DNA of 64,000 nucleotides from Acetobacteraceae bacterium (GCA_027488195.1 JAIYCD010000321.1:2466-66465); one strand, 5' to 3'; counted from the first letter of the stretch, positions 18,996 to 28,261 are shown. A program made the numbers and translations. Notes: a model not told the origin generated them from the letters alone.

Positions 18996-20042
18996 TCAGG
19001 CCGCGGCGCCAGCGACGACGCGCTGGACGGCCTCGGCCATGTTGATCTCACGCCCAGCGGCGCGCTCCTTGTCCTGCAGCTGCTGCGCCTGCATGGCGAC
19101 CTGCTGCGGATCCGCCGCGCCGGCGCCGGCCTCGGTGCGCGACGTGATGCCGCCCGCGTTCAGCGCGGGCAGGCCAGCCAGCTCGGCCTCGACCGAGGCC
19201 GGGTCCTGGGCGTGGCGGGCGATGTAATGGGAGCGCAGGGCCTTGATGGGCTTCCCGTCGCGGATGGCGGCATCCACCACCTGCTCGGCCTTCTCTTTCG
19301 CGCGCTCGGTCTTGAGCGCGGTCAGCTGGCTCTGCAGGCTGGTCAGCTCGCCCGCCATGCGGCCGGCCTCGCCGGCGGCATTGCGCGCCGTGGTGATCGC
19401 GCCCGCGATGGCGGAGGCGTCCTGACCGGGGGAGAGGCCGGCGGCCTCCGCGATCGCGTTGAGCGCGGTGCCGTGCTCCGCCACCGCCTGGTGGGCGGTA
19501 CGGCAGGCATTGAGGGCCGCGGCTTCATTGGCATCGGCCGGCAGGCCGTGCAGCTGCCGCAGTTCGGCAAGAAGGTCCATGTGGTCGGGTTCCTGGTGAT
19601 TGAGGGCGGGGAGCTGCGTGAGGTTCGGCACGTTCGTCAGCGCCGCGCGCAGCAAGCGGAGCACCTGGCCGTCCTTGGCGTGGGTGAAGGTGGGCGAGAT
19701 GCCGCGATAGGCGCGCTCGGCCAGCAGGGCCTGACCTGTCGGCGTCCAGGAGACGCGGCCCCAGATGGCACCCTGGCGGGCCTCCAGTTCCTCGACCCAG
19801 CCGCGCGCCGGGGCGGCCGAGCCGTCCTTGGCACCCAGGTCGGTCGCGTGCGCCTCGTCGATCACGAAGGGCAGCTCGGAGGCGGCGATGACGGCGGCCG
19901 CGTTGGCCACGGTCCAGGGGCCGCGCCCGTCGCGCCCCTTGAAGGTCCCCGCGGGCACCAGCTGGATCCATTCGGGCACGGCGGCCGGCGCGCCGGCGGG
20001 CGCGTCGGGAAGCTGCATGGAGAGGGTTGCGATGCGGTTCAT
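18996..20042 (-). CDS. Prohead protease/scaffold (Mu gpI)
   Basis: PEWIQLVPAG...GRDGRGP, IDEAHAT, APARGWV, YRGISPTF, ALTNVPNL. Confidence 0.93.
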   Translation of the reverse strand: MNRIATLSMQLPDAPAGAPAAVPEWIQLVPAGTFKGRDGRGPWTVANAAAVIAASELPFVIDEAHATDLGAKDGSAAPARGWVEELEARQGAIWGRVSWTPTGQALLAERAYRGISPTFTHAKDGQVLRLLRAALTNVPNLTQLPALNHQEPDHMDLLAELRQLHGLPADANEAAALNACRTAHQAVAEHGTALNAIAEAAGLSPGQDASAIAGAITTARNAAGEAGRMAGELTSLQSQLTALKTERAKEKAEQVVDAAIRDGKPIKALRSHYIARHAQDPASVEAELAGLPALNAGGITSRTEAGAGAADPQQVAMQAQQLQDKERAAGREINMAEAVQRVVAGAAA

Positions 20043-20050
20043 GGAGCCGG

Positions 20051-20102
20051 ACCATCGCGCGCGGGCGGGGTTCCGGTTCACCCCCAAAGGCAGAGGGGGG
20101 AA
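20051..20102 (-). promoter_or_regulatory. Putative late promoter upstream of the protease (PI-like)
   Basis: Shared motif ACCATCGCGCGCG...GGTTCACCCCCAAAGG...GGGGG. Confidence 0.65.
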
Positions 20103-20227
20103 TAGCCCTCTCCGGGGCCGCTGGGCGGCCGAGGGGGGCGCCGTGGTGTCGTCACCCCTGAGAAGGCGGTGAGGCCGCTCTTAGTGGCCTCTTTGGGCTC
20201 TTATTCGCGCCTCTGACCCCAGGGGGA

Positions 20228-20752
20228 TCAGGCGCGCCGCAGAATGCGATCCAGATGATCCTCTGTCACGTCCAGGATCGTGTCCTCGTCCCGGCGGGAG
20301 AGGCCGAGATAGGGGCGCGCCGGAATGGTGACGGAGCGCGCCGCTCCCTGCTGCCGGCCTTTGTAGTCCCGGATGGCAAGGACGCCGCGCGGGTTCTTGG
20401 GCGTGATGGTGGCGCCGAACTGATGGACGGCCGCGTAGATCTTGTTGGAGCCGATGCGCACCGCGCCCGCCTCGGTGTCCATGACCAGGCTGCCCTGCAG
20501 GCCGCCGCGCATGCCAGCGCCGCGCAGGATCCCTGGGCCACGCTTGAAGCCGAGGTACCAGGCATTCAGCGGCGCCCAGGCCGTGCCATCCGGCGCCGTC
20601 TCCGCCTCGAAGCGGTCCTGCGTGTTGCGGAGAAGGCCGGTGCCGATCGCGCGCAGCAGCGGCTCCGGATTGCGCGAGCTGGCGAGCAGCGCCGCCACAG
20701 CCGTGAGGGTGCGCCCGGGCTGGAAGGTGATTTCGAGGGTGGCGCCCGCCAT
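20228..20752 (-). CDS. Virion morphogenesis protein (Mu G-like)
   Basis: RFEAETAPDGTAWAPL, IGSNKIYAAVHQFG, IPARPYLGLS. Confidence 0.93.
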   Translation of the reverse strand: MAGATLEITFQPGRTLTAVAALLASSRNPEPLLRAIGTGLLRNTQDRFEAETAPDGTAWAPLNAWYLGFKRGPGILRGAGMRGGLQGSLVMDTEAGAVRIGSNKIYAAVHQFGATITPKNPRGVLAIRDYKGRQQGAARSVTIPARPYLGLSRRDEDTILDVTEDHLDRILRRA

Positions 20753-20970
20753 CAGCCGCGCCTTGCGAGGATCTCCGCCGCCCGCGCACTCTCGCGCGAG
20801 GTGGCGCCAAGATGGCCGAAGCGCCTGACTTCTCGCGCGGCCGCTTCGCTGCTTTCGACATAGCGGCGCAGATACTCTTCCGAAAATGAGCGCGCGCCGG
20901 TGCGATACCCCTCGTCGCCGGTGGCCTTGACCAACCGCTCGATCAGCGCGTCTCGCTCGCTCTCCGTCAC
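20752..20970 (-). CDS. 72-aa hypothetical protein, candidate immunity protein for the MuF toxin
   Basis: Overlaps the MuF stop (GTGA) and the G start (TGATG); GGAGG RBS. Confidence 0.6.
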   Translation of the reverse strand: MTESERDALIERLVKATGDEGYRTGARSFSEEYLRRYVESSEAAAREVRRFGHLGATSRESARAAEILARRG

Positions 20971-22340
20971 GTCACAACCTCCAAAACGATGCGCCCACCT
21001 GTCGCCCGGATCCGTCGCACATTGGCACCCGGAGCGAACAAGACTTCCTTCTCGTCATGGTTCACATCGGGATAGGGGTGCACATAAGCCACCCCTTTAT
21101 GCCCCTTTCTGACCAGGATTTCTACAACGATCCCCTCGGCGACCGAGGCAAAGGCATCCGGGGAGCGGCGAGCGGCCGATGCGCTGAGGAAGCCCGGATC
21201 CGGCCGGCTCTCGCCCACCGCCAGCTTCCTGAGCTGCGCGGCCTCCTCGCCCGTGACGCCCCGATAGAGCCGGAGGTCCATTGGAGCCCCCGCACGGGCC
21301 AGGGCAGAGCCAAGGTCGGCGATCTGCTTCATCAGCATCGGGTTGGAGGAATGGTCTTCCAAGCCGCGGAGATGCTTGTTCATCGGCGCGTGCTGCGCGC
21401 CCTTGTAGAGGCGCAATGCCGTCCGCTCATCGGCGGACAGGCCGGCAGCCCATGCTCCCGTTCGCCTGGAGAGAACAGTGTCCGCCTCCGCCTCGCTCGC
21501 GAAGCGACGGGGGCGGATCGGCCTTGGCTTTGGCGTTGGCGTTGGCGCTGACGGCGTCGGCCTCGGCGGCGCCGGAATCTCGGGCGCCGGCGGCATCCAG
21601 CCCGGCGGCGGCGTCAGCGTGGCATTGCCCGGGATGGCGGGCGCGCCCTGCTTCCAGGCGAGGCCCGGGTTGTAGGCGAAGCCCGGGTCGATGCCGTCCG
21701 GCACCTGCAGGATCTGGCCATCGCTCGGGCGCCTCCAGGGGCGCAGCTGGATGGGCGGCGCCGCGTCCGGCCCCTGCTTGCCCTGCCGGCCGAGATCCCG
21801 CGCGGAGAGGGGCCGCACCCGGCAGCCGCATTTCCAGCCATTGGGCGGGTAGTGCGTCCGCCAGAAGCCGTCATCAGCGCGCAGCGTGAGGCCGTTCCAG
21901 GCCAAATGCTGCTTGCGCGGATGCGCCGCGCCGGAATGGACGTACTGCCAGTATGGGAAGGCGGCGAGCGTCTCCGGCTCGATCAGCTGGGCGTAGCGCC
22001 CGGCCGCATAGGCCATGGAGAGGTTGGTCTCGTAGATGATCTGCGCGCGCCATCCAGGCGTGCCGTTGAAGGCCCAGCCGTGGCGCGTCACGATGTTGTC
22101 GAAGTCGGCGCGGAACTCGGCCAGCGTCGTGCCCTGCTCCAGCGCCTTGGTGACGGCCTCGCGGAAGTCGCCCAGCAGCGCCTGGCTGGCGGCACCCGCC
22201 ACCATGAAGGCGCGGGCGTGGGCTTCCTGCCAGATGTCACTCCAGCCCCGCGTGGGCGTGTTGAGCTTGCCCAGGAAGAAGCGGATCGCCTCACGCGGCG
22301 GCAGCGAGATCCCGGAAGCGGTGGAGGTGGCGCCGCTCAT
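20967..22340 (-). CDS. MuF (gp30) minor head protein with C-terminal ADP-ribosyltransferase (VIP2/C3-like) domain
   Basis: MuF: HARAFMVAG, IYETN, HYPPNGWKCGC, IDPGFAYNPG; Pro-rich linker; ART: LYRG, GFLSAS, EKEVL. Confidence 0.88.
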   Translation of the reverse strand: MSGATSTASGISLPPREAIRFFLGKLNTPTRGWSDIWQEAHARAFMVAGAASQALLGDFREAVTKALEQGTTLAEFRADFDNIVTRHGWAFNGTPGWRAQIIYETNLSMAYAAGRYAQLIEPETLAAFPYWQYVHSGAAHPRKQHLAWNGLTLRADDGFWRTHYPPNGWKCGCRVRPLSARDLGRQGKQGPDAAPPIQLRPWRRPSDGQILQVPDGIDPGFAYNPGLAWKQGAPAIPGNATLTPPPGWMPPAPEIPAPPRPTPSAPTPTPKPRPIRPRRFASEAEADTVLSRRTGAWAAGLSADERTALRLYKGAQHAPMNKHLRGLEDHSSNPMLMKQIADLGSALARAGAPMDLRLYRGVTGEEAAQLRKLAVGESRPDPGFLSASAARRSPDAFASVAEGIVVEILVRKGHKGVAYVHPYPDVNHDEKEVLFAPGANVRRIRATGGRIVLEVVT

Positions 22341-24010
22341 GGCCCGGCGGCGGAGCCACCCACGGCATTAAGCCGCTCCGCGGCGGGGCGCGGCGCCAGC
22401 TCATCCAGCAGCGCGGCCTGGCCGGCCAGGTGGGCGATGGCCATGCCACGGCCCATCGCGATCGCCAGCGCCTTCGGATCGAGCTGCATCCGGGCGATGC
22501 GGCGGGCCAGGTCCTGCATGTCGGTCGCGGCTTCGATCTCGGCCCGCACCTCGTCGGTCAGCCCGGCCAGCGCGCCATCGGCATCCTGCGCCAGGCGCGC
22601 GGTCAGCGCGTCCACGGCCTCGGGCGTTTCCAGCAGCTTGGCGGCGCGGCGGCGGATGGCGTTCAGCGCCGGCATGCCCTCGCCGTCCTCGGGGTCTTCC
22701 TCCTCTGGCGGCTCCTCGGGGGCGGGCGGCTTCGCCCCGGGTGCGGCCGGCGCCGGCGCTGGGGCTCGCGGCGCGCCCAGCAGCTCGGCATCGTCGTCCG
22801 GATCCTTCAGGCCCAGGCGGTCCCGCATGTCCCCCTGCTCGACGCGCAGGCCGAGCGGCACCAGCCGCGCCACGCCGTCGATCACGCGCTCCAGCGGGAT
22901 CTCCTCCGGCCGGCCGATCTGCAGGCGCGGATAGGCATCCTGCGGGCCGAAGTTGAAGGCGATGATGGTCTGCACCAGCTGGCGCGTCAGCGTGCGGCGG
23001 AGCATCCGCGCATCCGCGCGCTCGATGTCCTCCTGCACCAGGCGGTGCTCGCGGCTCACCGCATGGCCGCCGCTCACCGCGTCCGTGGTCGTGGTCTGGC
23101 CGAGCACGAGCTTGCTCACCTGGCGGTCCAGCCAGTCCGCCCGGCGCTCGTAGAGATCCGAGCCCGCCTTCAGGTCCCCCACCTCGACGAATTCGATCTC
23201 CATCCCCCGCGGCACGATGGCGGCGCAGTCGCCCGCGATGTTGGCCACGGCCGACCAGAGCACGGCGCGATCCTCGGCCGTGCTCTCGGGGCCGTAGCGG
23301 CCCAGGCGCAGCGGCTGGCCATAATTCTGCACGAAGCCCGCCCAATCCCGCAGCGCGAAGCTCTTCCACATGAAGGCCCAGCTCGCCACGCGGGCGAGGC
23401 CGGAGCGCAGGACCAGGCCGGATTTGCTGGGGTGCCGGTGCACCAAAAACTTGTGCGGCAGCAGTGGCAGACGGGACGTCGCCTCGCGCAGCATGATCGT
23501 CTCGCCATCCACCCGGTCGGGGTCGAACCAGCGTTGGGGGCGGTAGATGAACTGCTTCGGCCAGATGCGGTCCGGCTCGGTCTGCCAGATGATCTCATGG
23601 ACGCTGTAGCCCTTGCCCACGGCGTCCAGGATGTCGAACAGCGCCTCCTCCAGGATGCACTCATCCAGCCATCGGCGGATCAGGTCCGCGTGCTCCATAT
23701 GGCGCGCGTCATCGCTCGCGGCCTCGACCGTCATGGGCAGGCCGGCCACGGAAAGGCGGCGGGTGCGCAGAACGGCGCTGTAGTGCAGGTCCCGCTCCTC
23801 GATATCCTCGGCCAGCTCCATATAGGCGCGGCCGTCGCCATGCGCCGCCAGGCGATGGATGGAAGCGAGCTTGCCCGGGGTGATGTTGTCCGCCTGGTGG
23901 AAGCTGAAGGCGGGGCGCACGCCGGCCAGGGTGGGCGTCGCCTCCTCCTCGCGCAGGCGGCGGATCTCGGCGGCCGGGATGGAGTGGCCGAATTGGTCCA
24001 GGATGCTCAT
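22337..24010 (-). CDS. Portal protein (Mu gp29, DUF935)
   Basis: EDIEERDLHY, DWAGFVQNYGQPLRLGRY, SKLVLGQT. Confidence 0.95.
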   Translation of the reverse strand: MSILDQFGHSIPAAEIRRLREEEATPTLAGVRPAFSFHQADNITPGKLASIHRLAAHGDGRAYMELAEDIEERDLHYSAVLRTRRLSVAGLPMTVEAASDDARHMEHADLIRRWLDECILEEALFDILDAVGKGYSVHEIIWQTEPDRIWPKQFIYRPQRWFDPDRVDGETIMLREATSRLPLLPHKFLVHRHPSKSGLVLRSGLARVASWAFMWKSFALRDWAGFVQNYGQPLRLGRYGPESTAEDRAVLWSAVANIAGDCAAIVPRGMEIEFVEVGDLKAGSDLYERRADWLDRQVSKLVLGQTTTTDAVSGGHAVSREHRLVQEDIERADARMLRRTLTRQLVQTIIAFNFGPQDAYPRLQIGRPEEIPLERVIDGVARLVPLGLRVEQGDMRDRLGLKDPDDDAELLGAPRAPAPAPAAPGAKPPAPEEPPEEEDPEDGEGMPALNAIRRRAAKLLETPEAVDALTARLAQDADGALAGLTDEVRAEIEAATDMQDLARRIARMQLDPKALAIAMGRGMAIAHLAGQAALLDELAPRPAAERLNAVGGSAAGP

Positions 24011-25518
24011 GCGAAACCCCATTGCGCTGCCGGCGTCTCGAACAGCCCGGGGCGCTCGCGCCGCACCGGCTCATAGCCATAGACCTCGGGTGCCGCCTTA
24101 CTGGCCATGAGCGCGAGGGCGGCGGCGATCGGCGCGTCGCCATGGCGGGCGCCGGCCTCGTCCTGCTGGCGCTCCACCACGCGCGGCACGCCGCGCACGA
24201 GCTTCACCATGCGGAAGTCCGTCTCGATGTCGCGGTCGTTCGGCAGGGTGAAGGCGGCGTCCTCGAAGGCGGTCTTGAGCGGGGGCATGTGCTCCCGGTA
24301 CCAGCCCTCGGTCATCATCACCTGGATGACGCGCGTGCCGTAGCGGTCTGCCGCGGCCTCGGCATGCGCCAGGCCATTGCCGGTGGCATCCAGCCCGATG
24401 GCGCGCAGCAGGGGGAGCCGGTCCGCCACGAAGCGGAGCACCTGCTGCTGCTGGCTGTAGGGCATGTCCCGCAGCTCCAGCACGAAGGGCGTGGTGCGCG
24501 CCTGGTTCTGCTGGATGGCCAGCGGCCAGATGACGCTGAGGTCCACCTTGCGCGCGAAATCCTGGCCGAGCGCGTGCGGGGTGCGCGGGTCCAGCTGCGC
24601 CAGCACGGGCGCCACATGCTCATCCAGCCAGGCCTGTACCTCCCGCGCGCGGAGATCCTCGCGCCAGGTCACGAAGCCGGTGGGCGACTGCCAGCGAACC
24701 ACGGGGATGGAGGCGTCCTGCCGCGCCTCGATCAGCGGGCCGGGCAGCCAGGTGCCCGAGAGCGGGCTCGGGATGACGAAGAGTTCCTCGTTGGCGCCGG
24801 CGCCGTAGCGCTTGACCAGGTCGGCCCGCCACTGCGCCTCGCCCTCGGCCGTCCAGGGCTTGCCCGCCTTCAGGCAGACGCGCTGGTAGAGGCCATCGGC
24901 CAGGGCGTCATCCAGCGTGCAGCGCAGCAGGTGGTAGGGCACGCGCCCGCCGCGAATATCGGTGACGAGCTGGTTGAAGGGGTTCGCCTCGCCATTGTGG
25001 GTAGAGATAACCAGCACCTTGCCGCCCCAGATGAGCAGCGCGAGGGCGGCCTTCAGCACCTCCTCCAGACCATCCATGAAGGCCGCCTCGTCGAGGATGA
25101 CGAGGCCCTGCTTGCCGCGCAGCGCGCGGGGCACGCTGGGCAGGGCCACCACCTCGAAGCCGGAGGCGAAGCGGATCCGGAAGGCGCCGATATCCTGCTC
25201 GGGCCGGTCCGGGTTCTGCCAGACGAACTCCTCCATCGGCTCGGCCGCGAGCTGGAAGAAGCCGGCCCATTCGGCGACATAGCCGATGAACTCCCGCGTC
25301 ATCTCCTTCTCATAGCCCATGTAGAGCACGTCCTGCCCCTCGGCCCCGCGCTGGGCGGCGGCGGTCAGGGCGGCGATGGCGGCGGCGGCCCAGGAGTAGC
25401 CGGTGCGGCGGGACTTCTCGACCACCGTGACGGCATGGGCCGAGACGCTGGCCATCAGCTGCTGCTGATAGGGCAGGAAGACGTCCGGCAGGCCGAGGGT
25501 GGCGGCGTCGAGGGTCAT
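24007..25518 (-). CDS. Terminase large subunit (Mu gp28)
   Basis: LPYQQ, EKSRRTGYSW, ILDEAAF, ISTHNG, GQDFAR, HGDA. Confidence 0.95.
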   Translation of the reverse strand: MTLDAATLGLPDVFLPYQQQLMASVSAHAVTVVEKSRRTGYSWAAAAIAALTAAAQRGAEGQDVLYMGYEKEMTREFIGYVAEWAGFFQLAAEPMEEFVWQNPDRPEQDIGAFRIRFASGFEVVALPSVPRALRGKQGLVILDEAAFMDGLEEVLKAALALLIWGGKVLVISTHNGEANPFNQLVTDIRGGRVPYHLLRCTLDDALADGLYQRVCLKAGKPWTAEGEAQWRADLVKRYGAGANEELFVIPSPLSGTWLPGPLIEARQDASIPVVRWQSPTGFVTWREDLRAREVQAWLDEHVAPVLAQLDPRTPHALGQDFARKVDLSVIWPLAIQQNQARTTPFVLELRDMPYSQQQQVLRFVADRLPLLRAIGLDATGNGLAHAEAAADRYGTRVIQVMMTEGWYREHMPPLKTAFEDAAFTLPNDRDIETDFRMVKLVRGVPRVVERQQDEAGARHGDAPIAAALALMASKAAPEVYGYEPVRRERPGLFETPAAQWGFA

Positions 25519-25688
25519 CAGCGGCGCAGCCTGCGCTTTGCCTCGGCCTTCGCCTTGCGCTTGGCCGTGAATGTGTCCGTCCGGGCCGGTGGCGGCGCAG
25601 GCGGTGCCGCTCGCGTAAGCCCCGGCGCGGAGGCAGCGGTCAGGCCGGCGAATGCCAGGGCCAGCGCGACACCCATGGGCAAGCGCAT
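25518..25688 (-). CDS. 56-aa hypothetical protein, hydrophobic N-terminus and basic tail
   Basis: Manual translation MRLPMGVALALAFAGLTAASAP...KRKAKAEAKRRLRR; TGATG-coupled on both sides. Confidence 0.55.
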   Translation of the reverse strand: MRLPMGVALALAFAGLTAASAPGLTRAAPPAPPPARTDTFTAKRKAKAEAKRRLRR

Positions 25689-26245
25689 CACGCCTTCACC
25701 CCGAAGATGCTCGCCTTGATCGCTTCGATGGTACCCGCCGTCAGGCCCTGGGCGCGGCCGGCCGCCTCGACGCTCTTGGCGGCCTCTTTCTTCACGCGTT
25801 CCTCCAGCTTCAGCACGAAGTCCTGGTTGTGGCGGCTGGCCTTTGTCAGGCGCTCGACGGCCTCGGCGAAGAGGGCGGCGCCCTTCGGGTTGCGCAGGTT
25901 GGCGCGGGTCTCCTCGCCATGCTCGCTCGCCTCATCATCAGCGCTGGCCAGCGTGTCCGCCAGGAAGGAATGCAGCAGCTCGATGTTCACGCGGGCCACC
26001 TGGTCCCCCGGCTGCTCGCCGAGCTGCCGCACCAGGCCCTCCGCCAGCGCGCGGGACTGGCGCAGCCTGGCACCCAGCTTGTCCAGGTGCTGAACATGGC
26101 GGCCGAGTGCCGAGCGGCTCACCTCGACGTCCAGCTGCCCCAGATGCGCCAGGATCTCGTCGATCGTCCGCCCGCCATCGCGCAGCCGGCCGATCGCCTC
26201 GCGGATCTCGGCGGGCAGGCGCTGGATGGAGGAGGGGCGCGGCAT
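25688..26245 (-). CDS. Terminase small subunit (Mu gp27, DUF3486)
   Basis: MPRPSSIQRLPAEIR...VSRSALGRH. Confidence 0.9.
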   Translation of the reverse strand: MPRPSSIQRLPAEIREAIGRLRDGGRTIDEILAHLGQLDVEVSRSALGRHVQHLDKLGARLRQSRALAEGLVRQLGEQPGDQVARVNIELLHSFLADTLASADDEASEHGEETRANLRNPKGAALFAEAVERLTKASRHNQDFVLKLEERVKKEAAKSVEAAGRAQGLTAGTIEAIKASIFGVKA

Positions 26246-26547
26246 CAGAGAGGCTGGGCCACGCCAGGGTGCTCGGCACCCCGGGCCACGTCCCGGCCGG
26301 CACGGGTGGCCGTCACGGCCCAGAGCTCCGTGCCACCATGGGCCAGCTTCTCGATCGACACGAGGCCCTGCCGCTCCAGCCAGGAGAGCAGGCCGCGCAT
26401 GTCATCCTGCGTGACGGCGCCGAAGCGCGCGCGCAGCAGCTCGCGCGTCAGCAGATCCTCGTTCAGCGCGAAGCCCTCGGCGGCGCCGAGGATGCGCAGG
26501 ACGGCGCCGCGGCGGTCGGCCGCCAGGCGTTCGGCGAAGCTGGTCAT
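26245..26547 (-). CDS. Mu gp26-like winged-helix protein
   Basis: DRRGAVLRIL...LSWLERQGLV...TRAGRDVARG...PGV. Confidence 0.85.
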   Translation of the reverse strand: MTSFAERLAADRRGAVLRILGAAEGFALNEDLLTRELLRARFGAVTQDDMRGLLSWLERQGLVSIEKLAHGGTELWAVTATRAGRDVARGAEHPGVAQPL

Positions 26548-26900
26548 GTGTCGGTCCTGAGGTGGTGCTGCACCAGCATGCTGAGGTCCCGCTCGATGCG
26601 GGCCTGGCCTTCGCGCAGGCCGCGCAGCTCGGCATTGCCCACATCCACGCCGCGCTCGACGGCGGCGACGCGGATGCTGAGGCCCGAGAAATCAGCGTGG
26701 GTGGGGGCCAGGCGCATCTGCTGTTCGATCGCCTCCAGGCGGCGCTGGACGTCGCCCACATCGGCCTTGCTGGCGAAGTCACTGGAGAGGCGCCACTTCA
26801 CCCAGCCGATGACGATGCCGCCGATGAGGGTGGCGGAGACGAGCAGGCCGCCCAGGTCACGCCAGGTGAATTCCGGCACCACCGGCTCAGCCCGCTGCAT
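26544..26900 (-). CDS. DUF2730-like membrane protein (Mu gp25)
   Basis: N-terminal TM, FASKADV...RLEAIE...PT. Confidence 0.75.
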   Translation of the reverse strand: MQRAEPVVPEFTWRDLGGLLVSATLIGGIVIGWVKWRLSSDFASKADVGDVQRRLEAIEQQMRLAPTHADFSGLSIRVAAVERGVDVGNAELRGLREGQARIERDLSMLVQHHLRTDT

Positions 26901-27255
26901 GGGGCGCGGCCGTCATGCGGGCCGCCACCCGGGCCGAGGCACGGTCCCGCAGGCCGGCACTGTCGATCCGGAAGCGGGCCAGCGCATCGGGCACTGTGTC
27001 GCGCGCATATTGAGCGACGCGCTCGGTCACGGCATCGACCTCAGGGTGGGCGAGCCTGGCATAGGTCGGCAGGCGGCCCTTCGCCTCGGCGAGGGCGAGA
27101 TCCACGCCGCGCTCCAGCGCCTGGTTCAGATAGGCGCGGACCTCACTGTCCTCGCGCAGCTTGAGCCATGCGGCGAGGCGCGTGATGGCGTAGCCGCCCA
27201 GCGCCAGCACGCCCGAGGCGGCGAGTTGCAGGAGGGCGTCGAGCAGAGCTTGCAT
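26887..27255 (-). CDS. Putative holin (single N-terminal TM)
   Basis: MQALLDALLQLAASGVLALGGYAI...LNQALERGV...VPDALARF; directly after the lysin. Confidence 0.6.
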   Translation of the reverse strand: MQALLDALLQLAASGVLALGGYAITRLAAWLKLREDSEVRAYLNQALERGVDLALAEAKGRLPTYARLAHPEVDAVTERVAQYARDTVPDALARFRIDSAGLRDRASARVAARMTAAPHAAG

Positions 27256-27256
27256 G

Positions 27257-27718
27257 TCAGGGTTCCTTGGCGACTTTAGCGAGGTCCATCGCCCGCTCGA
27301 ACACCGCCGCGTCATAGGGCTGGCGGCCGTTCTCCTTGGTGACGATGGCGGGCAGCAGCAGGCGCAGGACCACGCGGCTGGTGACGTTGATGGTGGCGTC
27401 CTCCGGCACGCCCAGGCGGCCGGCGACGAAGCGGATGTAGGCGCCCGTGTCCTGCTTGATGGTGCGGCCATTGGGGAAGGTGTGCGTGGGCGGGCAGTAG
27501 GTGCGGATGATGTCCCGCACCGTGACGACGCCGCGCCGCCGATAGGCGCGCAGCACCAGGATCAGCGCGCGCAGGCCCCATTCGGGCGCGATGAACTTGC
27601 AGAACTCGCCATCCGGCTGATCGCGCGAGAGGCCCTGCCAGTTCTGGCCGGCGCGCAGGATGTTGCCCGGGTTGTTGTTCCGGATGCCGCGCGGCGGGGG
27701 GGTGTTCGGGATGGACAT
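27257..27718 (-). CDS. Endolysin (RGIRNNNPGNI lysozyme-like family)
   Basis: PRGIRNNNPGNI...GLRAL...KENG. Confidence 0.85.
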   Translation of the reverse strand: MSIPNTPPPRGIRNNNPGNILRAGQNWQGLSRDQPDGEFCKFIAPEWGLRALILVLRAYRRRGVVTVRDIIRTYCPPTHTFPNGRTIKQDTGAYIRFVAGRLGVPEDATINVTSRVVLRLLLPAIVTKENGRQPYDAAVFERAMDLAKVAKEP

Positions 27719-27726
27719 GCGGCGCG

Positions 27727-27797
27727 GCGCCTCCGATGTGGAGGCGCACCATCGCGCGCGCGGGGGAAGGGTTTTACCCCTCAGGACCTAGGGGGAA
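27727..27797 (-). promoter_or_regulatory. Putative late promoter (Plys-like) plus RBS-occluding hairpin
   Basis: GGTTTTACCCCTCAGG...GGGGG motif; hairpin GCGCCTCC-N5-GGAGGCGC 27727-27747. Confidence 0.55.
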
Positions 27798-28161
27798 GGT
27801 CGAACAGGTCCGGCTGCGCGTTGGTGAGCCGCGCGGCCTGCAGGTGGTTGAAGACGGTGATTTCGGTGACGCCGAGCTTCAGGGCGATCTGCCGGTAGCT
27901 CATGCCCTTCTGCTTCAGGCAGCGGATCTGCCAGTGGCGGGCGATCGGGATGCTGAGTTCCTCCCCGCCATGCGCGGCAGCCAGCGCCAGCGCCGCCTCA
28001 CGGCCGATGGCCTGCACGAGGGGCGAGGCCTGGTTGGGGCTCTTGGGGACATAGAGCCGCGTGCCGCCAAAGGCCTGGATCAGCGTGAGCAGCGCGGGCG
28101 GCGCCAGGTGCTGGGAGAGCCAGGCGAGCTCGGCCGGGGGTGGGGGAAGATCGGGTGTCAT
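27781..28161 (-). CDS. mor: Mor/C family transcription activator
   Basis: LIQAFGGTRLYVP...HGGEELSIP...YRQIALKLGVT HTH; last gene before lysis. Confidence 0.85.
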   Translation of the reverse strand: MTPDLPPPPAELAWLSQHLAPPALLTLIQAFGGTRLYVPKSPNQASPLVQAIGREAALALAAAHGGEELSIPIARHWQIRCLKQKGMSYRQIALKLGVTEITVFNHLQAARLTNAQPDLFDLPPRS

Positions 28162-28261
28162 CCCCGATCTCCGAGGCGAAGATTGATCCGCCGACGAACC
28201 GGCATAAACCCAGCAACGCCGGTTAAGAGGAGCAAGATGTGGGCTTGCTCCGCCCTGCGGT

